NCBI GenBank assembly: GCA_902614125.1
Contig: CACMJW010000002.1
Span: 37,244 to 101,243, forward strand
Direction of reading: 5' to 3'
DNA: 64,000 nucleotides
Source of the DNA: an uncultured Pelagibacteraceae bacterium
GTDB taxonomy: Bacteria; Pseudomonadota; Alphaproteobacteria; Pelagibacterales; Pelagibacteraceae
A model generated the notes under the pieces. It did no database searches, was not told where the DNA came from, and saw only the letters and a list, made by a program, of their open reading frames with translations. Below are positions 21,136-31,694 of the stretch, piece after piece (position 1 is the stretch's first letter; every line of letters starts with the position of its first letter). Both the position numbers and the translations under genes were made by a program.

Positions 21136-21842
21136 TGTTAGAACTTTTTATTGCATTAAGCGCAGGTTTAATTAGTTTTTTATCACCGTGCGTTTTACCT
21201 TTGATACCAGGCTATGTATCCTATATTTCTGGTAGCTCCTTAAATGAACTTTTGGAAAGTAAGAAAACAAACATTTTTCCAATAATTCTATTTTCATTGG
21301 GTTTCTCAATTGTATTTATCAGTTTTGGAGCAACTGCTACATTTCTGGGATCATTAGTTTTAGACTACTCTTATGAATTAAGAATTATTGCAGGTATATT
21401 TATTATAATTTTCTCTCTTCAGATAATTGGATTAATAAATATTAAATTTTTAAACTATGAAAAAAGAGTGCATTCAAATATCACACCAAGTAATTTTGGA
21501 TCTATTTTAATTGGTATGGCTTTTGGTTTTGGATGGACACCATGCATAGGTCCAATACTTGGATCTATCTTGGCTTTAGCTGCAGTTGAAGATAGTATCA
21601 ACAAAGGAGTATTATTATTATTTTTTTATTCACTTGGTTTAGCAATACCTTTCGTTTTATCTGGATATCTTATTCAAAGATTTATGATTTTTTCAAAAAA
21701 TTTAAAAAATAAGATGCAACTTATTTCCAAAATTGGTGGTGGACTTTTGCTTATTACAGGAATATTGATGATAACCAACCAATTACAGGCATTAGGTTTT
21801 TATCTTTTAGAGTATATCCCTGTACTTGGAAATTTTGGATAA
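21135..21842 (+). CDS. ccdA: Cytochrome c biogenesis protein CcdA
   Basis: SFLSPCVLP and GWTPCIGP motifs; 6 TM. Confidence 0.93.
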   Translation: MLELFIALSAGLISFLSPCVLPLIPGYVSYISGSSLNELLESKKTNIFPIILFSLGFSIVFISFGATATFLGSLVLDYSYELRIIAGIFIIIFSLQIIGLINIKFLNYEKRVHSNITPSNFGSILIGMAFGFGWTPCIGPILGSILALAAVEDSINKGVLLLFFYSLGLAIPFVLSGYLIQRFMIFSKNLKNKMQLISKIGGGLLLITGILMITNQLQALGFYLLEYIPVLGNFG

Positions 21843-21845
21843 TTA

Positions 21846-22436
21846 ATGAGAAAAATTTATCAGATTGATTGTAGCGCTAGAAAAGAAGGGTCAACATCAA
21901 GAAAATTGGCTCAAAAATTACTTCAAAAAATAAAAAAAAAAGATGATCAATTAATCTATAGAGATTTAGATGATGAGATGCTTTTTATTTCTGGTTTAAC
22001 AGAGTCGGGGATGAAAATTCCAGTTGAACAACAAACAGAAGATCATAAAAAAATGTTCGAACTTTCTGATAAATTAGTTATTGAATTAAAAGAAAGTGAT
22101 ATAATTATTATATCTGTACCAATATATAATTTTGGTCCACCCGCAACGTTAAAAGCTTGGGCTGATCTTGCAGCAAGAGTTAAACTTACTTTTAAATATT
22201 CCGAAGACGGTGATAGAATTGGCTTACTCGAGGATAAACAAGTTTATCTAGTAATCACTTCTGGGGGAACCAAAATACAAGGTGATGAAGATTATTTAAC
22301 ACCCTGGTTAATTCATATGTTGAATTTTTTTGGTATTAAAAATATTAAAATCATTGCTGCTGATCAAATGGCATTGGATTATGAAAAATCCATCAAGCAG
22401 GCTGAAAATAAAATAGAGGAATTATTTAAAGGTTAA
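21846..22436 (+). CDS. azoR: FMN-dependent NADH-azoreductase / quinone reductase
   Basis: SAR..STSR; PIYNF; LKAWAD; TSGG. Confidence 0.85.
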   Translation: MRKIYQIDCSARKEGSTSRKLAQKLLQKIKKKDDQLIYRDLDDEMLFISGLTESGMKIPVEQQTEDHKKMFELSDKLVIELKESDIIIISVPIYNFGPPATLKAWADLAARVKLTFKYSEDGDRIGLLEDKQVYLVITSGGTKIQGDEDYLTPWLIHMLNFFGIKNIKIIAADQMALDYEKSIKQAENKIEELFKG

Positions 22437-23532
22437 ATTTCCTTCTCAAATGTAACAATTTACCTTCTGTACTATCAAAGTCTAAATAGCACCCTTGTAA
22501 AAATCTATTACCCTCATTTGGATCAAAAGACGTTCTTCCATGAAGTAATCTATGATTATCCATCATCATTAAATCTCCAGGCATTAATCTAAATTCAATC
22601 CTATACTCATCAGAATTATATAAGTCTGATAAACATTTTCTTGCATTGTAATAAATTTCAAGTTTCTCTCTTTTCATTTGAGGCACATAATCCAATCTTG
22701 GACTAAATCTAACATTTTGAAAATTCCCTTTTTCATCTAAATGTATTAATTCAGCCCAACTTTCTAAAATTGTATCTTTATCTGAAAATTTAAATCTGAC
22801 TTTAGTACTCGTTAAAATATTATAATAATCTTGATTTAATTTTTTCAGATCTTCTGTAACTGTAAATCCATCAACTAAAGTTGAATGACCTCCTTTAACG
22901 TCATTTTCAATACAATGAAGAATTTGTATGCATGGAGGAAAAGGATTTCTGTAAGGATTATCTGTATGAGGAGATAAACTTAGCGCTGTATATGCTAAAT
23001 CATTTGGATTAGGTTTTGATTTTACATTGAAATATTCACCAAAATTAGTTCTTTTAACACTGCCTATCATATTTCCAAATTTCACAAGAAAATTGTTATT
23101 TGTTGGTACATCTTGAATAACAACAAAGCCATATTTGTAAAAATTTGTCAGTAAATTTAGCATTTCATTACTATCAGCAAATTTATCTGAAAATTTGAAA
23201 TTTTTTATATTTTTGAAATCAGATTTCCATTTTACTTTTTCAATATCTATTATTTCGTTTGAATTTAAACTAAGTTCATCTGACAATTTTTTAATTTCAA
23301 ATTTTGAGTCTACACCATCATTAAATTTTACTTTTAAAAACTCTCCATTTATTTCCGCATTTACAATTTCAACTGTTTGCTTCATTGAAGATGGATCAAA
23401 CAATCGTTGCTGAGTACCCTCATCTAGATACTCTTTCTCACTGACACGTTCTCTTAACCAAAAGGGGTGAATTTCTTCTTTATTTGATCCTATGAATGAG
23501 AATATTTTGTTTGAACTTACTTCAAATTTCAT
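22426..23532 (-). CDS. Fe(II)/2-oxoglutarate dioxygenase, gamma-butyrobetaine hydroxylase-like (TauD family)
   Basis: HTD facial-triad motif; DNHRLLHGRTSF; RFLQGCY. Confidence 0.88.
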   Translation of the reverse strand: MKFEVSSNKIFSFIGSNKEEIHPFWLRERVSEKEYLDEGTQQRLFDPSSMKQTVEIVNAEINGEFLKVKFNDGVDSKFEIKKLSDELSLNSNEIIDIEKVKWKSDFKNIKNFKFSDKFADSNEMLNLLTNFYKYGFVVIQDVPTNNNFLVKFGNMIGSVKRTNFGEYFNVKSKPNPNDLAYTALSLSPHTDNPYRNPFPPCIQILHCIENDVKGGHSTLVDGFTVTEDLKKLNQDYYNILTSTKVRFKFSDKDTILESWAELIHLDEKGNFQNVRFSPRLDYVPQMKREKLEIYYNARKCLSDLYNSDEYRIEFRLMPGDLMMMDNHRLLHGRTSFDPNEGNRFLQGCYLDFDSTEGKLLHLRRKFNL

Positions 23533-23618
23533 AACTTATTAAACATTCCTTCAAAAACTCTTCTTTTTCAAGTTAAATTCGTTTGTATTATTAAAATATT
23601 TTATTAATACGTGGTGCA

Positions 23619-24416
23619 ATGAACAAAAACTTTAATTATAAAATTTACTTTAATTTTCTTAATCTTTTAGCAAAACAACTTACAAAATATTATTATTCGA
23701 AATTAGATAAACCTTTTAAGATAAGTAATAAATTAAAAGGAAAAGGCTATGATCCAGTAACAACCTCAGACAAAGCTTTTGAACGATTCATTAGAAAGAA
23801 AATTTTAGATCGATTTCCAGGTCACCAAATCATGGGGGAGGAGTATGGATTCAAGAAATCAAATAGTGATTTTTCATGGGTAATCGATCCAATTGATGGA
23901 ACGAGATCTTTCGTTACCGGTAATCCAACTTGGAGTAATTTAATATCATTAAATTATAAAGGAACTCCTATGGTAGGACTCGCAAATTTTCCTAAACTTA
24001 AAAAGTATTATCTTAACAAAGATGAAAAAAACTCATATTTATTTGAAAATGGAAAAAAAATTAAATTAAATGTTAATTCAAAAGTTTCTTTTAAAAATGC
24101 AAAGATTGCAGCAGCATTCCATGGGTACTTATCTTTTAATAAACAAAAAAAAATTCAAAAATTTATTAATATAGTTAATTTTCCATGTTTTGATGCATTA
24201 ACTTACGCACAATTAGCAGAAGGAAGATTAGATGTTGTAGTTCAATGCGCAAATAAAATCTGGGACGTTCACGCAATCATACCCATTATAAATGCTGCAG
24301 GAGGAATACTTACCACATGGAAAAATGAAAATGGTAAACTTGCTGGAAATATTTTAGCATCAAGTAATAAATTAAATCATAAAAAAATTTTAAAATTGCT
24401 TAAGCCAGCAACATGA
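23619..24416 (+). CDS. hisN: Inositol-monophosphatase family, histidinol-phosphate phosphatase-like
   Basis: DPVT; GEE; WVIDPIDGT; WD. Confidence 0.7.
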   Translation: MNKNFNYKIYFNFLNLLAKQLTKYYYSKLDKPFKISNKLKGKGYDPVTTSDKAFERFIRKKILDRFPGHQIMGEEYGFKKSNSDFSWVIDPIDGTRSFVTGNPTWSNLISLNYKGTPMVGLANFPKLKKYYLNKDEKNSYLFENGKKIKLNVNSKVSFKNAKIAAAFHGYLSFNKQKKIQKFINIVNFPCFDALTYAQLAEGRLDVVVQCANKIWDVHAIIPIINAAGGILTTWKNENGKLAGNILASSNKLNHKKILKLLKPAT

Positions 24417-25135
24417 AAAATATAATTGTTCTTCAACACATTAAAATAGAAGACCCAGGATACATTAAAGATTTAATTATTAGCGATGGAATAAATTTAA
24501 CAACTATAGAATTAGATGAGGGCGAAAAAATTCCAGAAGATCTTGATAAATTTGATGCTATGTTTTGTATGGGTGGACCTATGGATACATGGATGGAAAA
24601 CGAATACCCTTGGCTTATTGAAGAAAAAAAAAAAATTAAAGAATTTGTTATAGATTTAAAAAAACCTTATTTAGGTTTTTGTTTAGGTTGCCAATTGCTA
24701 GGTGAAGTCATTGGAGGCAAAGTTGTAAAATCATCAAAACCTGAAATTGGTATGTTAGATATTGATTTTTTAGAAAATAAAAAAAAAGATCAGTTGTTCA
24801 GTACGTTCCCTGATAAAATTAAATCACTACAGTGGCACTCGTATGAAGTTCAAGATTTAGAAAATATAAAATCTGTCACTCTAATAGCTTCATCACCTGA
24901 AACAAAATATCAAATTTTTAAATTTCAGGAGCATGCTTATGGGATACAATTTCATATTGAAATCAAAGATACCACAGTAAGTGATTGGGGGTGTGTGCCC
25001 GAATATAAATCTGCTCTTGAAAGTCAGTTAGGAAAAGGTGCGCTTGCAAAATTTGATAATGATGCAAAAATTAATATTTCTTCAATGAATAAATATTCAA
25101 CAATTCTCTATGATAATTTTAAGAAATTAGTCTGA
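24413..25135 (+). CDS. Class I glutamine amidotransferase-like protein
   Basis: MGGPM; GFCLGCQ nucleophile elbow; QFHIE. Confidence 0.88.
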   Translation: MKNIIVLQHIKIEDPGYIKDLIISDGINLTTIELDEGEKIPEDLDKFDAMFCMGGPMDTWMENEYPWLIEEKKKIKEFVIDLKKPYLGFCLGCQLLGEVIGGKVVKSSKPEIGMLDIDFLENKKKDQLFSTFPDKIKSLQWHSYEVQDLENIKSVTLIASSPETKYQIFKFQEHAYGIQFHIEIKDTTVSDWGCVPEYKSALESQLGKGALAKFDNDAKINISSMNKYSTILYDNFKKLV

Positions 25136-25198
25136 TAATTAACTTTTTTTTAATCCATTATTGAGCTAGATTTTTGATAATAATTTTTAGGAGGGGAA

Positions 25199-26761
25199 AT
25201 GAAAACTTTTAAGTTTTTCAAGATTTTATTGACTTTTTTATTTGTTTTTGTCTCAACACAATCGTTCGCAAAAACAATTAAATGGTCAATGCAAGGTGAT
25301 AGTTTAACACTTGATCCACATGCTCAGAATGAAGGACCAACTACACAGGTTTCAAGGCAAGTTTATGAGGCTTTAGTTACAAGAGGCTTAGATATGACTA
25401 TCGAACCTCAGTTGGCAACCAAGTGGAGCACAACAGATCCAAACACTTGGATTTTTAAACTAAGAGAGGATGTAAAATTTTCTGATGGTTCTAAAATGAC
25501 ATCAAGAGATGTTGTTTTTAGCATTTTAAGAGCAAAACAAAGAACATCAGATTTTAAAGAGTATATAAGTACAGTGTCAGGAGTTGAGGCAATCGATGAC
25601 TACACTGTAAAAGTAACTACAAGCAAACCAAATCCTATACTTTTAAATCAACTTTCTAACATTTTTGTAATGTCTAGAGATTGGAGTGAAAAGAATTTTG
25701 CGGTTACAGCTCAAAACTGGGATGCTGGACAAGAAACTTTTTCAGCCACAAATGCAATGGGCACAGGTCCTTTCAAAATCACTCTAAGAGAACCAAATAC
25801 AAAAACAGTGTTTAAAAGAAATAAACACTGGTGGGGTGATATGAAAGATAACAAGGTAACTGAAATTCATTTACTACCAATTAAAAATGCAGCTACTAGA
25901 GTGGCAGCACTTTTATCAGGTGAAGTTGATTTAGTTACAGATGCTCCAGTTCAAGACCTAGCAAGAATTGGTAGCTCATCAGCTCATAAAGTAAACAGCA
26001 CTGCACAAATGCGTACAATATTTTTAGGTATGGACCAAGCTGCAGATAAACTGAGAACAGGAAATACTGGCGATAATCCTTTTAAGAAAAAAGAAGTGAG
26101 ACAAGCTCTGTATCAAGCAATTGACATTGAAGCAATTAAGAAGAAAGTAATGAGAGGCTTAAGCGAACCAGCAGGTATTATTACTTTTCCTGGTGTTAAT
26201 GGCTATACTAAAGAACTTGATGCAAGATTACCATACGATGTTGATGCTGCAAAAAAACTTTTAGCAGATGCAGGTTACCCAAATGGTTTCGATGTAGAAT
26301 TAAGATGCCCAAATGACAGATACGTTAATGACGAAGCAATATGTACTGCAGTTGTAGGTATGCTTGGAAAAATTGGAGTTAATGTAAGCTTATTTGCACA
26401 AACAAAATCAAAACATTTCAAAGAGCTTAAAGACAATCAAGGTGATTTTTATATGCTTGGATGGGGTGTTCCAACATTAGATAGCCACTATGTATTCCAC
26501 TACTTATATGAGTCTGGTGCTAGCTGGAATAAGGTAAATTTCAGCAACTCTGAGGTAGACGCAGCTATTAGAGTAATGGAAGGTGAAGTAGATTTAGATA
26601 AAAGAAATGAAGCTATTGCAAAAGCTTGGAAAATTGTAAAAGATGATATTTCTTATTTGCCTCTACATCATCAAGTTATTTCTTGGGCATCAAAAAGTAA
26701 TGTTGATGTTCCAATAAGACCGAATAACGAACCGTTATTCCGTTTTGCTAGTTTTAATTAA
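25199..26761 (+). CDS. Peptide/nickel-type ABC transporter substrate-binding protein (family 5)
   Basis: Signal peptide; TLDPH; PQLATKW; GTGPF; VRQAL; AGGAGG RBS. Confidence 0.93.
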   Translation: MKTFKFFKILLTFLFVFVSTQSFAKTIKWSMQGDSLTLDPHAQNEGPTTQVSRQVYEALVTRGLDMTIEPQLATKWSTTDPNTWIFKLREDVKFSDGSKMTSRDVVFSILRAKQRTSDFKEYISTVSGVEAIDDYTVKVTTSKPNPILLNQLSNIFVMSRDWSEKNFAVTAQNWDAGQETFSATNAMGTGPFKITLREPNTKTVFKRNKHWWGDMKDNKVTEIHLLPIKNAATRVAALLSGEVDLVTDAPVQDLARIGSSSAHKVNSTAQMRTIFLGMDQAADKLRTGNTGDNPFKKKEVRQALYQAIDIEAIKKKVMRGLSEPAGIITFPGVNGYTKELDARLPYDVDAAKKLLADAGYPNGFDVELRCPNDRYVNDEAICTAVVGMLGKIGVNVSLFAQTKSKHFKELKDNQGDFYMLGWGVPTLDSHYVFHYLYESGASWNKVNFSNSEVDAAIRVMEGEVDLDKRNEAIAKAWKIVKDDISYLPLHHQVISWASKSNVDVPIRPNNEPLFRFASFN

Positions 26762-26770
26762 CTAAATTTT

Positions 26771-26800
26771 TTACAGGCCCTTAAAATAAAGGGCCTGTAA
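26771..26800 (+). terminator. Stem-loop between the binding-protein gene and the first permease
   Basis: Perfect 12-bp stem TTACAGGCCCTT-AAAATA-AAGGGCCTGTAA. Confidence 0.75.
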
Positions 26801-26818
26801 CTTCTAAACTTTCTTAAC

Positions 26819-27802
26819 TTGATAAATTATTTCTTCAAACGTCTGTTTCAATCTGCACTAGTAATGCTAGTTGTTGCTTTAGTCTCTTTTTCTCTTTTTA
26901 ATTTTGTTGGCGACCCAATTAATAATATGGTTGGAGAAGAAACCTCAGATGAAGAAAGAGAGGAATTAAGAGAAAGTCTAGGCTTAAATGATGGTATTTA
27001 TGTTCAATTTTCTAGGTTTATAATAAATGCCTCAAAAGGAGAATTTGGTATTTCATACCAATTAAGAAGACCAGTTTCTGATTTAATTATTGAGAGGTTA
27101 CCAGCAACAATTGAATTAGTAGTTGTTTCAGCTTTAATAGCTTTAATCTCGGGAACCTTACTTGGTGTGTACACAGGAATTAATAGAAAGGGATTTTTTA
27201 GTGACATTATTTTAGCAATTTCACTATTGGGAGTTTCACTCCCCACATTTGTAATTGGTATACTTTTTATTTATTTGTTTGCTGTTATTTTAGGAATACT
27301 ACCTTCATTTGGAAGAGGCGAGGTGGTAGATCTAGGTTTTTGGTCTACAGGATTTTTAACAGTCTCCGGATTGAAAGCGATAATTCTTCCATCTGTAACT
27401 TTAAGCTTATTTCAAATGACTTATATCATTCGTTTGGTTCGTGCAGAAATGATGGAGATACTTCAGACTGATTATATAAAATTTGCAAGAGCCAGAGGTA
27501 TTAATGAAAAAAGTATTTATTATAAACATGCTTTAAAAAATGGATTAATCCCAGTCATTACTATTGCAGGGATTAATATTGGAACTTTAATTGCATTTTC
27601 TATTATTACTGAAACAGTTTTTCAATGGCCAGGTATGGGTTTCCTATTTATTCAGGCAGTACAGTTTGTTGATATACCAATAATGTCTGCATATTTAGTT
27701 TTTATAGCATTCGTGTTTGTAATGATAAATTTTATAGTTGATATTTTATATTATTTTATAGATCCAAGAATAAGGGTGAAAGGGGATAACGTTAGTGGAT
27801 AA
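26819..27802 (+). CDS. ABC transporter permease (DppB-like)
   Basis: GDP; RLPATIEL; YIKFARARG; TTG start. Confidence 0.92.
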   Translation: MINYFFKRLFQSALVMLVVALVSFSLFNFVGDPINNMVGEETSDEEREELRESLGLNDGIYVQFSRFIINASKGEFGISYQLRRPVSDLIIERLPATIELVVVSALIALISGTLLGVYTGINRKGFFSDIILAISLLGVSLPTFVIGILFIYLFAVILGILPSFGRGEVVDLGFWSTGFLTVSGLKAIILPSVTLSLFQMTYIIRLVRAEMMEILQTDYIKFARARGINEKSIYYKHALKNGLIPVITIAGINIGTLIAFSIITETVFQWPGMGFLFIQAVQFVDIPIMSAYLVFIAFVFVMINFIVDILYYFIDPRIRVKGDNVSG

Positions 27803-28724
27803 TAAAATACAAACAACATGGGAAAGAATTAAAGATAGTGATATTTATTTTAGTTTTATTAAGTCACCTACAGCAATAATATCATCAATAATTCTATTTA
27901 TTATTTTTTTCTGTTCATTTTTTGTAGAATTTTTATCTCCTTATGATCCTTTTGATCCATCTTCATTATCTTTAATGGAAGCATTCACCCCACCTTCTTG
28001 GACAGAAGAAGGAGTAGCTAAATTTATTTTAGGTACCGATGGACAAGGAAGAGATATGTTATCGACTATACTTTATGGATCTAGAATTTCATTAATTGTT
28101 GGTTTTTCAGCAATTATATTTAGTTTAGTTTTAGGTGTGTTTTTAGGTCTAACAGCAGGATATTTTGGAGGCAAGTATGAAATGATTGTAATGAGATTAA
28201 CAGACGTACAGCTTACAGTTCCAAGTATTTTGATGGCACTACTTGTAGACGGTATAGCTAGAGGAATTATTTCTAGAGAACTTCATGATGAGATGGCAAT
28301 TTATGTTTTAATATTTGCAATTGGAATTTCAGAGTGGCCTCAGTTTGCAAGGGTATCAAGAGCTGCAACTCTAGTTGAAAAAAATAAGGATTATGTTTCA
28401 GCATCTACAATAATAGGTGTTTCTAACATTATAATTATGTTTAAACATATTTTACCAAATATAATGAGACCAGTATTGGTTATAGGCACAATAGGTTTGG
28501 CACTTGCTATAATTGCTGAATCAACTTTAAGTTTTTTGGGTGTAGGTGTCCCACCAACAACACCTTCATTGGGCACACTAATAAGATTAGGCAATGACTT
28601 TTTGTTTTCAGGAGAATGGTGGATAACATTTTTTCCCGCTATCTTTTTAGTAATATTAGCTTTTTCAATAAATTTATTAGGAGATTGGATGAGAGATACT
28701 CTTAATCCAAGACTAAAAAAATGA
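27795..28724 (+). CDS. ABC transporter permease (DppC-like)
   Basis: LGTDGQGRD; HILPN; LSFLGVG; GTG start. Confidence 0.92.
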   Translation: MDNKIQTTWERIKDSDIYFSFIKSPTAIISSIILFIIFFCSFFVEFLSPYDPFDPSSLSLMEAFTPPSWTEEGVAKFILGTDGQGRDMLSTILYGSRISLIVGFSAIIFSLVLGVFLGLTAGYFGGKYEMIVMRLTDVQLTVPSILMALLVDGIARGIISRELHDEMAIYVLIFAIGISEWPQFARVSRAATLVEKNKDYVSASTIIGVSNIIIMFKHILPNIMRPVLVIGTIGLALAIIAESTLSFLGVGVPPTTPSLGTLIRLGNDFLFSGEWWITFFPAIFLVILAFSINLLGDWMRDTLNPRLKK

Positions 28725-30403
28725 GTTTTTTAAAAATACAGAACCTATCAGTAGACTATAAAATGAGAAGAGAGACCGTGTATGCAGCAAAAAATGTAAA
28801 TATAGATGTAAATAAAGGAGAAATTCTAGGTTTAGTTGGAGAGTCTGGATCAGGCAAAAGTACCATAGGTAACGCAATCATTAATCTTATTGATGAGCCA
28901 GGGAGAGTTTCAAATGGGTCTATTATTCTTGGTGATATAAATATTCATCAAGATAATCAAAATTTTACAAATTTTAGAGGAAAAAAAATTGGATTAATAT
29001 TTCAAGATCCTCAAACCTCGTTAAATCCAATAATAACAATTGGAGAACAACTCATTGAAACTATTCAAACTCATATAAAGTTAAGTAACGAGGATGCAAA
29101 AAATAAAGCAATTAAGTTATTAAAAGAAGTAGGAATTCAAGATGCGGAAAAAAGATTTAATAATTACCCACATCAGTTTTCTGGAGGTATGAGACAAAGA
29201 GTTGTTATATCTCTTGCACTTTGTTGTGAGCCCGAACTTCTTATAGCTGACGAACCTACCACAGCTCTAGATGTATCTATACAATCTCAAATTTTAGAAT
29301 TGATAAAGAATTTAACTAAAAATCGAAATCTAGCAGTTATACTTATTACACATGATATGGGTGTAATTGCAGAAACAACAGATCGAGTAGCTGTAATGAA
29401 AAATGGCGAACTTGTAGAAATTGGAGAGACAAAGAAAATCTTAACTAATCCAAAACAATCATATACAAAGAGCTTAGTAAGTTCAGTTCCTCCAACAAAT
29501 AAAAAAATATCTAGATTTATTATACTAGATAAAGAAAATAAAAATAATCAAGAAGCAAATCTTAAAATCTTAAATAGGTGGACTAAAAGAACTATTCAAA
29601 ATAAAAATTTAGTAAGTGTTCAAAATCTTTTAAAAACTTTTGACGATAATTTCTTCACAGAAAATTCGAAAAATAGTGTAATGGCTGTAAACGATGTTTC
29701 TTTTAATATTAAAGAGGGAGAAATATTTGGTTTGGTTGGAGAAAGTGGAAGTGGAAAATCAACAATAGCAAAAATGATTGTTAACTTATTCAAACCAACT
29801 TCTGGAGAGATATATTTTGATGAAAATTGTATTACCAAAATTAAAAATAATCGTGAAATGCTTCAATTCAGAAAACAAATACAAATGATTTTTCAAGATC
29901 CTTATTCCTCCTTAAATAGTAGATTAAAAGTCAAAGATATAATTGCTGAACCTATACTTCTACATAATCCAAAAATTTCTAAACTAGATTTAAAAAACTA
30001 TATTTATGATTTATTAGACTCTGTAGAATTAATTCAAAGTTCAGCAGAAAGATACCCACATGAATTTTCTGGAGGTCAAAGACAAAGAATATCAATTGCA
30101 AGAGCTCTAGCCACTCAACCTAGATTATTAGTATGTGATGAACCAACTTCTGCATTAGATGTAAGTATTCAAGCACAAATATTAAATTTACTTAAGGATC
30201 TACAAGAACAACTTAATCTTACAATATTATTCATTAGTCATGATTTACCAGTTGTTAGACAAATGTGTGATAGGATAGGTGTTTTGAAAGATGGAAAATT
30301 ATGTGAAATTTCAAATACAGAGGAATTATTTGAAAAGCCTAAACATGAATATACAAAAGAACTATTAAGACTAATGCCAAAAATTGAGACTATTTATAAC
30401 TAA
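28721..30403 (+). CDS. ABC transporter ATP-binding protein, fused double domain (DppD/F-like)
   Basis: Two GESGSGKST and two FSGG signatures. Confidence 0.95.
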   Translation: MSFLKIQNLSVDYKMRRETVYAAKNVNIDVNKGEILGLVGESGSGKSTIGNAIINLIDEPGRVSNGSIILGDINIHQDNQNFTNFRGKKIGLIFQDPQTSLNPIITIGEQLIETIQTHIKLSNEDAKNKAIKLLKEVGIQDAEKRFNNYPHQFSGGMRQRVVISLALCCEPELLIADEPTTALDVSIQSQILELIKNLTKNRNLAVILITHDMGVIAETTDRVAVMKNGELVEIGETKKILTNPKQSYTKSLVSSVPPTNKKISRFIILDKENKNNQEANLKILNRWTKRTIQNKNLVSVQNLLKTFDDNFFTENSKNSVMAVNDVSFNIKEGEIFGLVGESGSGKSTIAKMIVNLFKPTSGEIYFDENCITKIKNNREMLQFRKQIQMIFQDPYSSLNSRLKVKDIIAEPILLHNPKISKLDLKNYIYDLLDSVELIQSSAERYPHEFSGGQRQRISIARALATQPRLLVCDEPTSALDVSIQAQILNLLKDLQEQLNLTILFISHDLPVVRQMCDRIGVLKDGKLCEISNTEELFEKPKHEYTKELLRLMPKIETIYN

Positions 30404-30412
30404 GGAGGATAT

Positions 30413-30805
30413 ATGGCGATATTTAATATGATTGAAGAAAACGAAGCTACTGGAAAAGTAAAAGAGATATTTGAAGACATTAAACAAAAAAGAAACATAA
30501 AGTCAGTAAACAATTTTTGGAAAATGTTAGCTAATGAGCCAGAAACTTTAGAGAGAACTTGGAATTCATTGCAGCAAGTAATGAAAAAAGGTGCTTTAGA
30601 TGAGATGACAAAAGAATTAATTTATATTGCTGTTTCAATTACAAATAGCTGTGAGTATTGCATAAAATCTCATAGTTCTGCTGCAATTAAAAAAGGAGCA
30701 TCAAAAGATATGCTTGCTGAACTTAACGCGGTGGTCGGAATGGCAAATGAAACAAATAAATTGGTTGAGTCATACCAGGTTAAAGTAGATGAAATTTATG
30801 AATGA
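30413..30805 (+). CDS. Carboxymuconolactone decarboxylase / AhpD-family protein
   Basis: KELIYIAVS..NSCEYCIKSH (CxxC). Confidence 0.88.
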   Translation: MAIFNMIEENEATGKVKEIFEDIKQKRNIKSVNNFWKMLANEPETLERTWNSLQQVMKKGALDEMTKELIYIAVSITNSCEYCIKSHSSAAIKKGASKDMLAELNAVVGMANETNKLVESYQVKVDEIYE

Positions 30806-31358
30806 TAGAGCTCAAGCAATCCTAGATTTTTGGTTTGATGACCTAATAGTTGAGAAAAGATTTAAAAAAGATGAAAAATTTGATCAGTTAATAAGAGAAA
30901 AATTTGGAGAAGATCACAATAAAGCTACTTCAAATGAATATGATTATTGGCAAGATGAGCCGTTAACTTGTTTAGCTTTAATTATTTTATTGGATCAGTT
31001 TTCGAGAAACCTTTATCGAAATGATAAAAAGTCTTTTGAATATGATTTTAAAGCAAGATTGATTGTAAACGATGCTGTTTATAATGGATATCTTGATCAA
31101 ATGGATGAATATCAAAGATTTTTTATGTTACTTCCATATATTCATAGCGAAGAAATTATCGATCACGAAAGAGCATATAAGTTATTAACAAATTATCTAT
31201 CAAATCATCCAAATTTTTTAGAAATTAAAAAATTTTGGAAAGATCATACGGCGGTAATTAAAAGATTTCATAGATATCCTCACAGAAATAAAATGCTAGG
31301 AAGAAGATCTACAGCTGAAGAAATTGAGTTTTTAGATCAACCCAATTCTTCATGGTAA
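30798..31358 (+). CDS. DUF924 family protein
   Basis: ILDFWF; LDQFSRN; PYIHSE; RYPHRN..LGRRST; start re-called at 30798. Confidence 0.9.
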   Translation: MNDRAQAILDFWFDDLIVEKRFKKDEKFDQLIREKFGEDHNKATSNEYDYWQDEPLTCLALIILLDQFSRNLYRNDKKSFEYDFKARLIVNDAVYNGYLDQMDEYQRFFMLLPYIHSEEIIDHERAYKLLTNYLSNHPNFLEIKKFWKDHTAVIKRFHRYPHRNKMLGRRSTAEEIEFLDQPNSSW

Positions 31359-31694
31359 CTATTTTGTGTTACCTAAAAGATTTACAATTAAAACACCAGC
31401 AATTATTAATAATAAACCAATGATAGTTGTAAAATTTGGAATTTGATTAAATTTTAAAACTCCTACTACACTTGTTGCTATAATACACAATCCTGCAAAT
31501 GATGCATAAGTAACTCCAACAGAAATTGATTTCATTACAAGTGAAAGTGTAAACATACAGCCAACAATTGTAATTGCAGTTAAAATACTTGGAATTAATA
31601 GAGTAAAACCTTGAGCACTTTTTGCAAAAGCATTGGAAGCTGTTCCTAAAATTACAGCTACAATTAAATATACATATGCATTTAAATTACTCAT
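31359..31694 (-). CDS. SMR-family small multidrug/cation transporter
   Basis: 4 TM; KSAQGF; VGVTYA. Confidence 0.82.
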   Translation of the reverse strand: MSNLNAYVYLIVAVILGTASNAFAKSAQGFTLLIPSILTAITIVGCMFTLSLVMKSISVGVTYASFAGLCIIATSVVGVLKFNQIPNFTTIIGLLLIIAGVLIVNLLGNTK

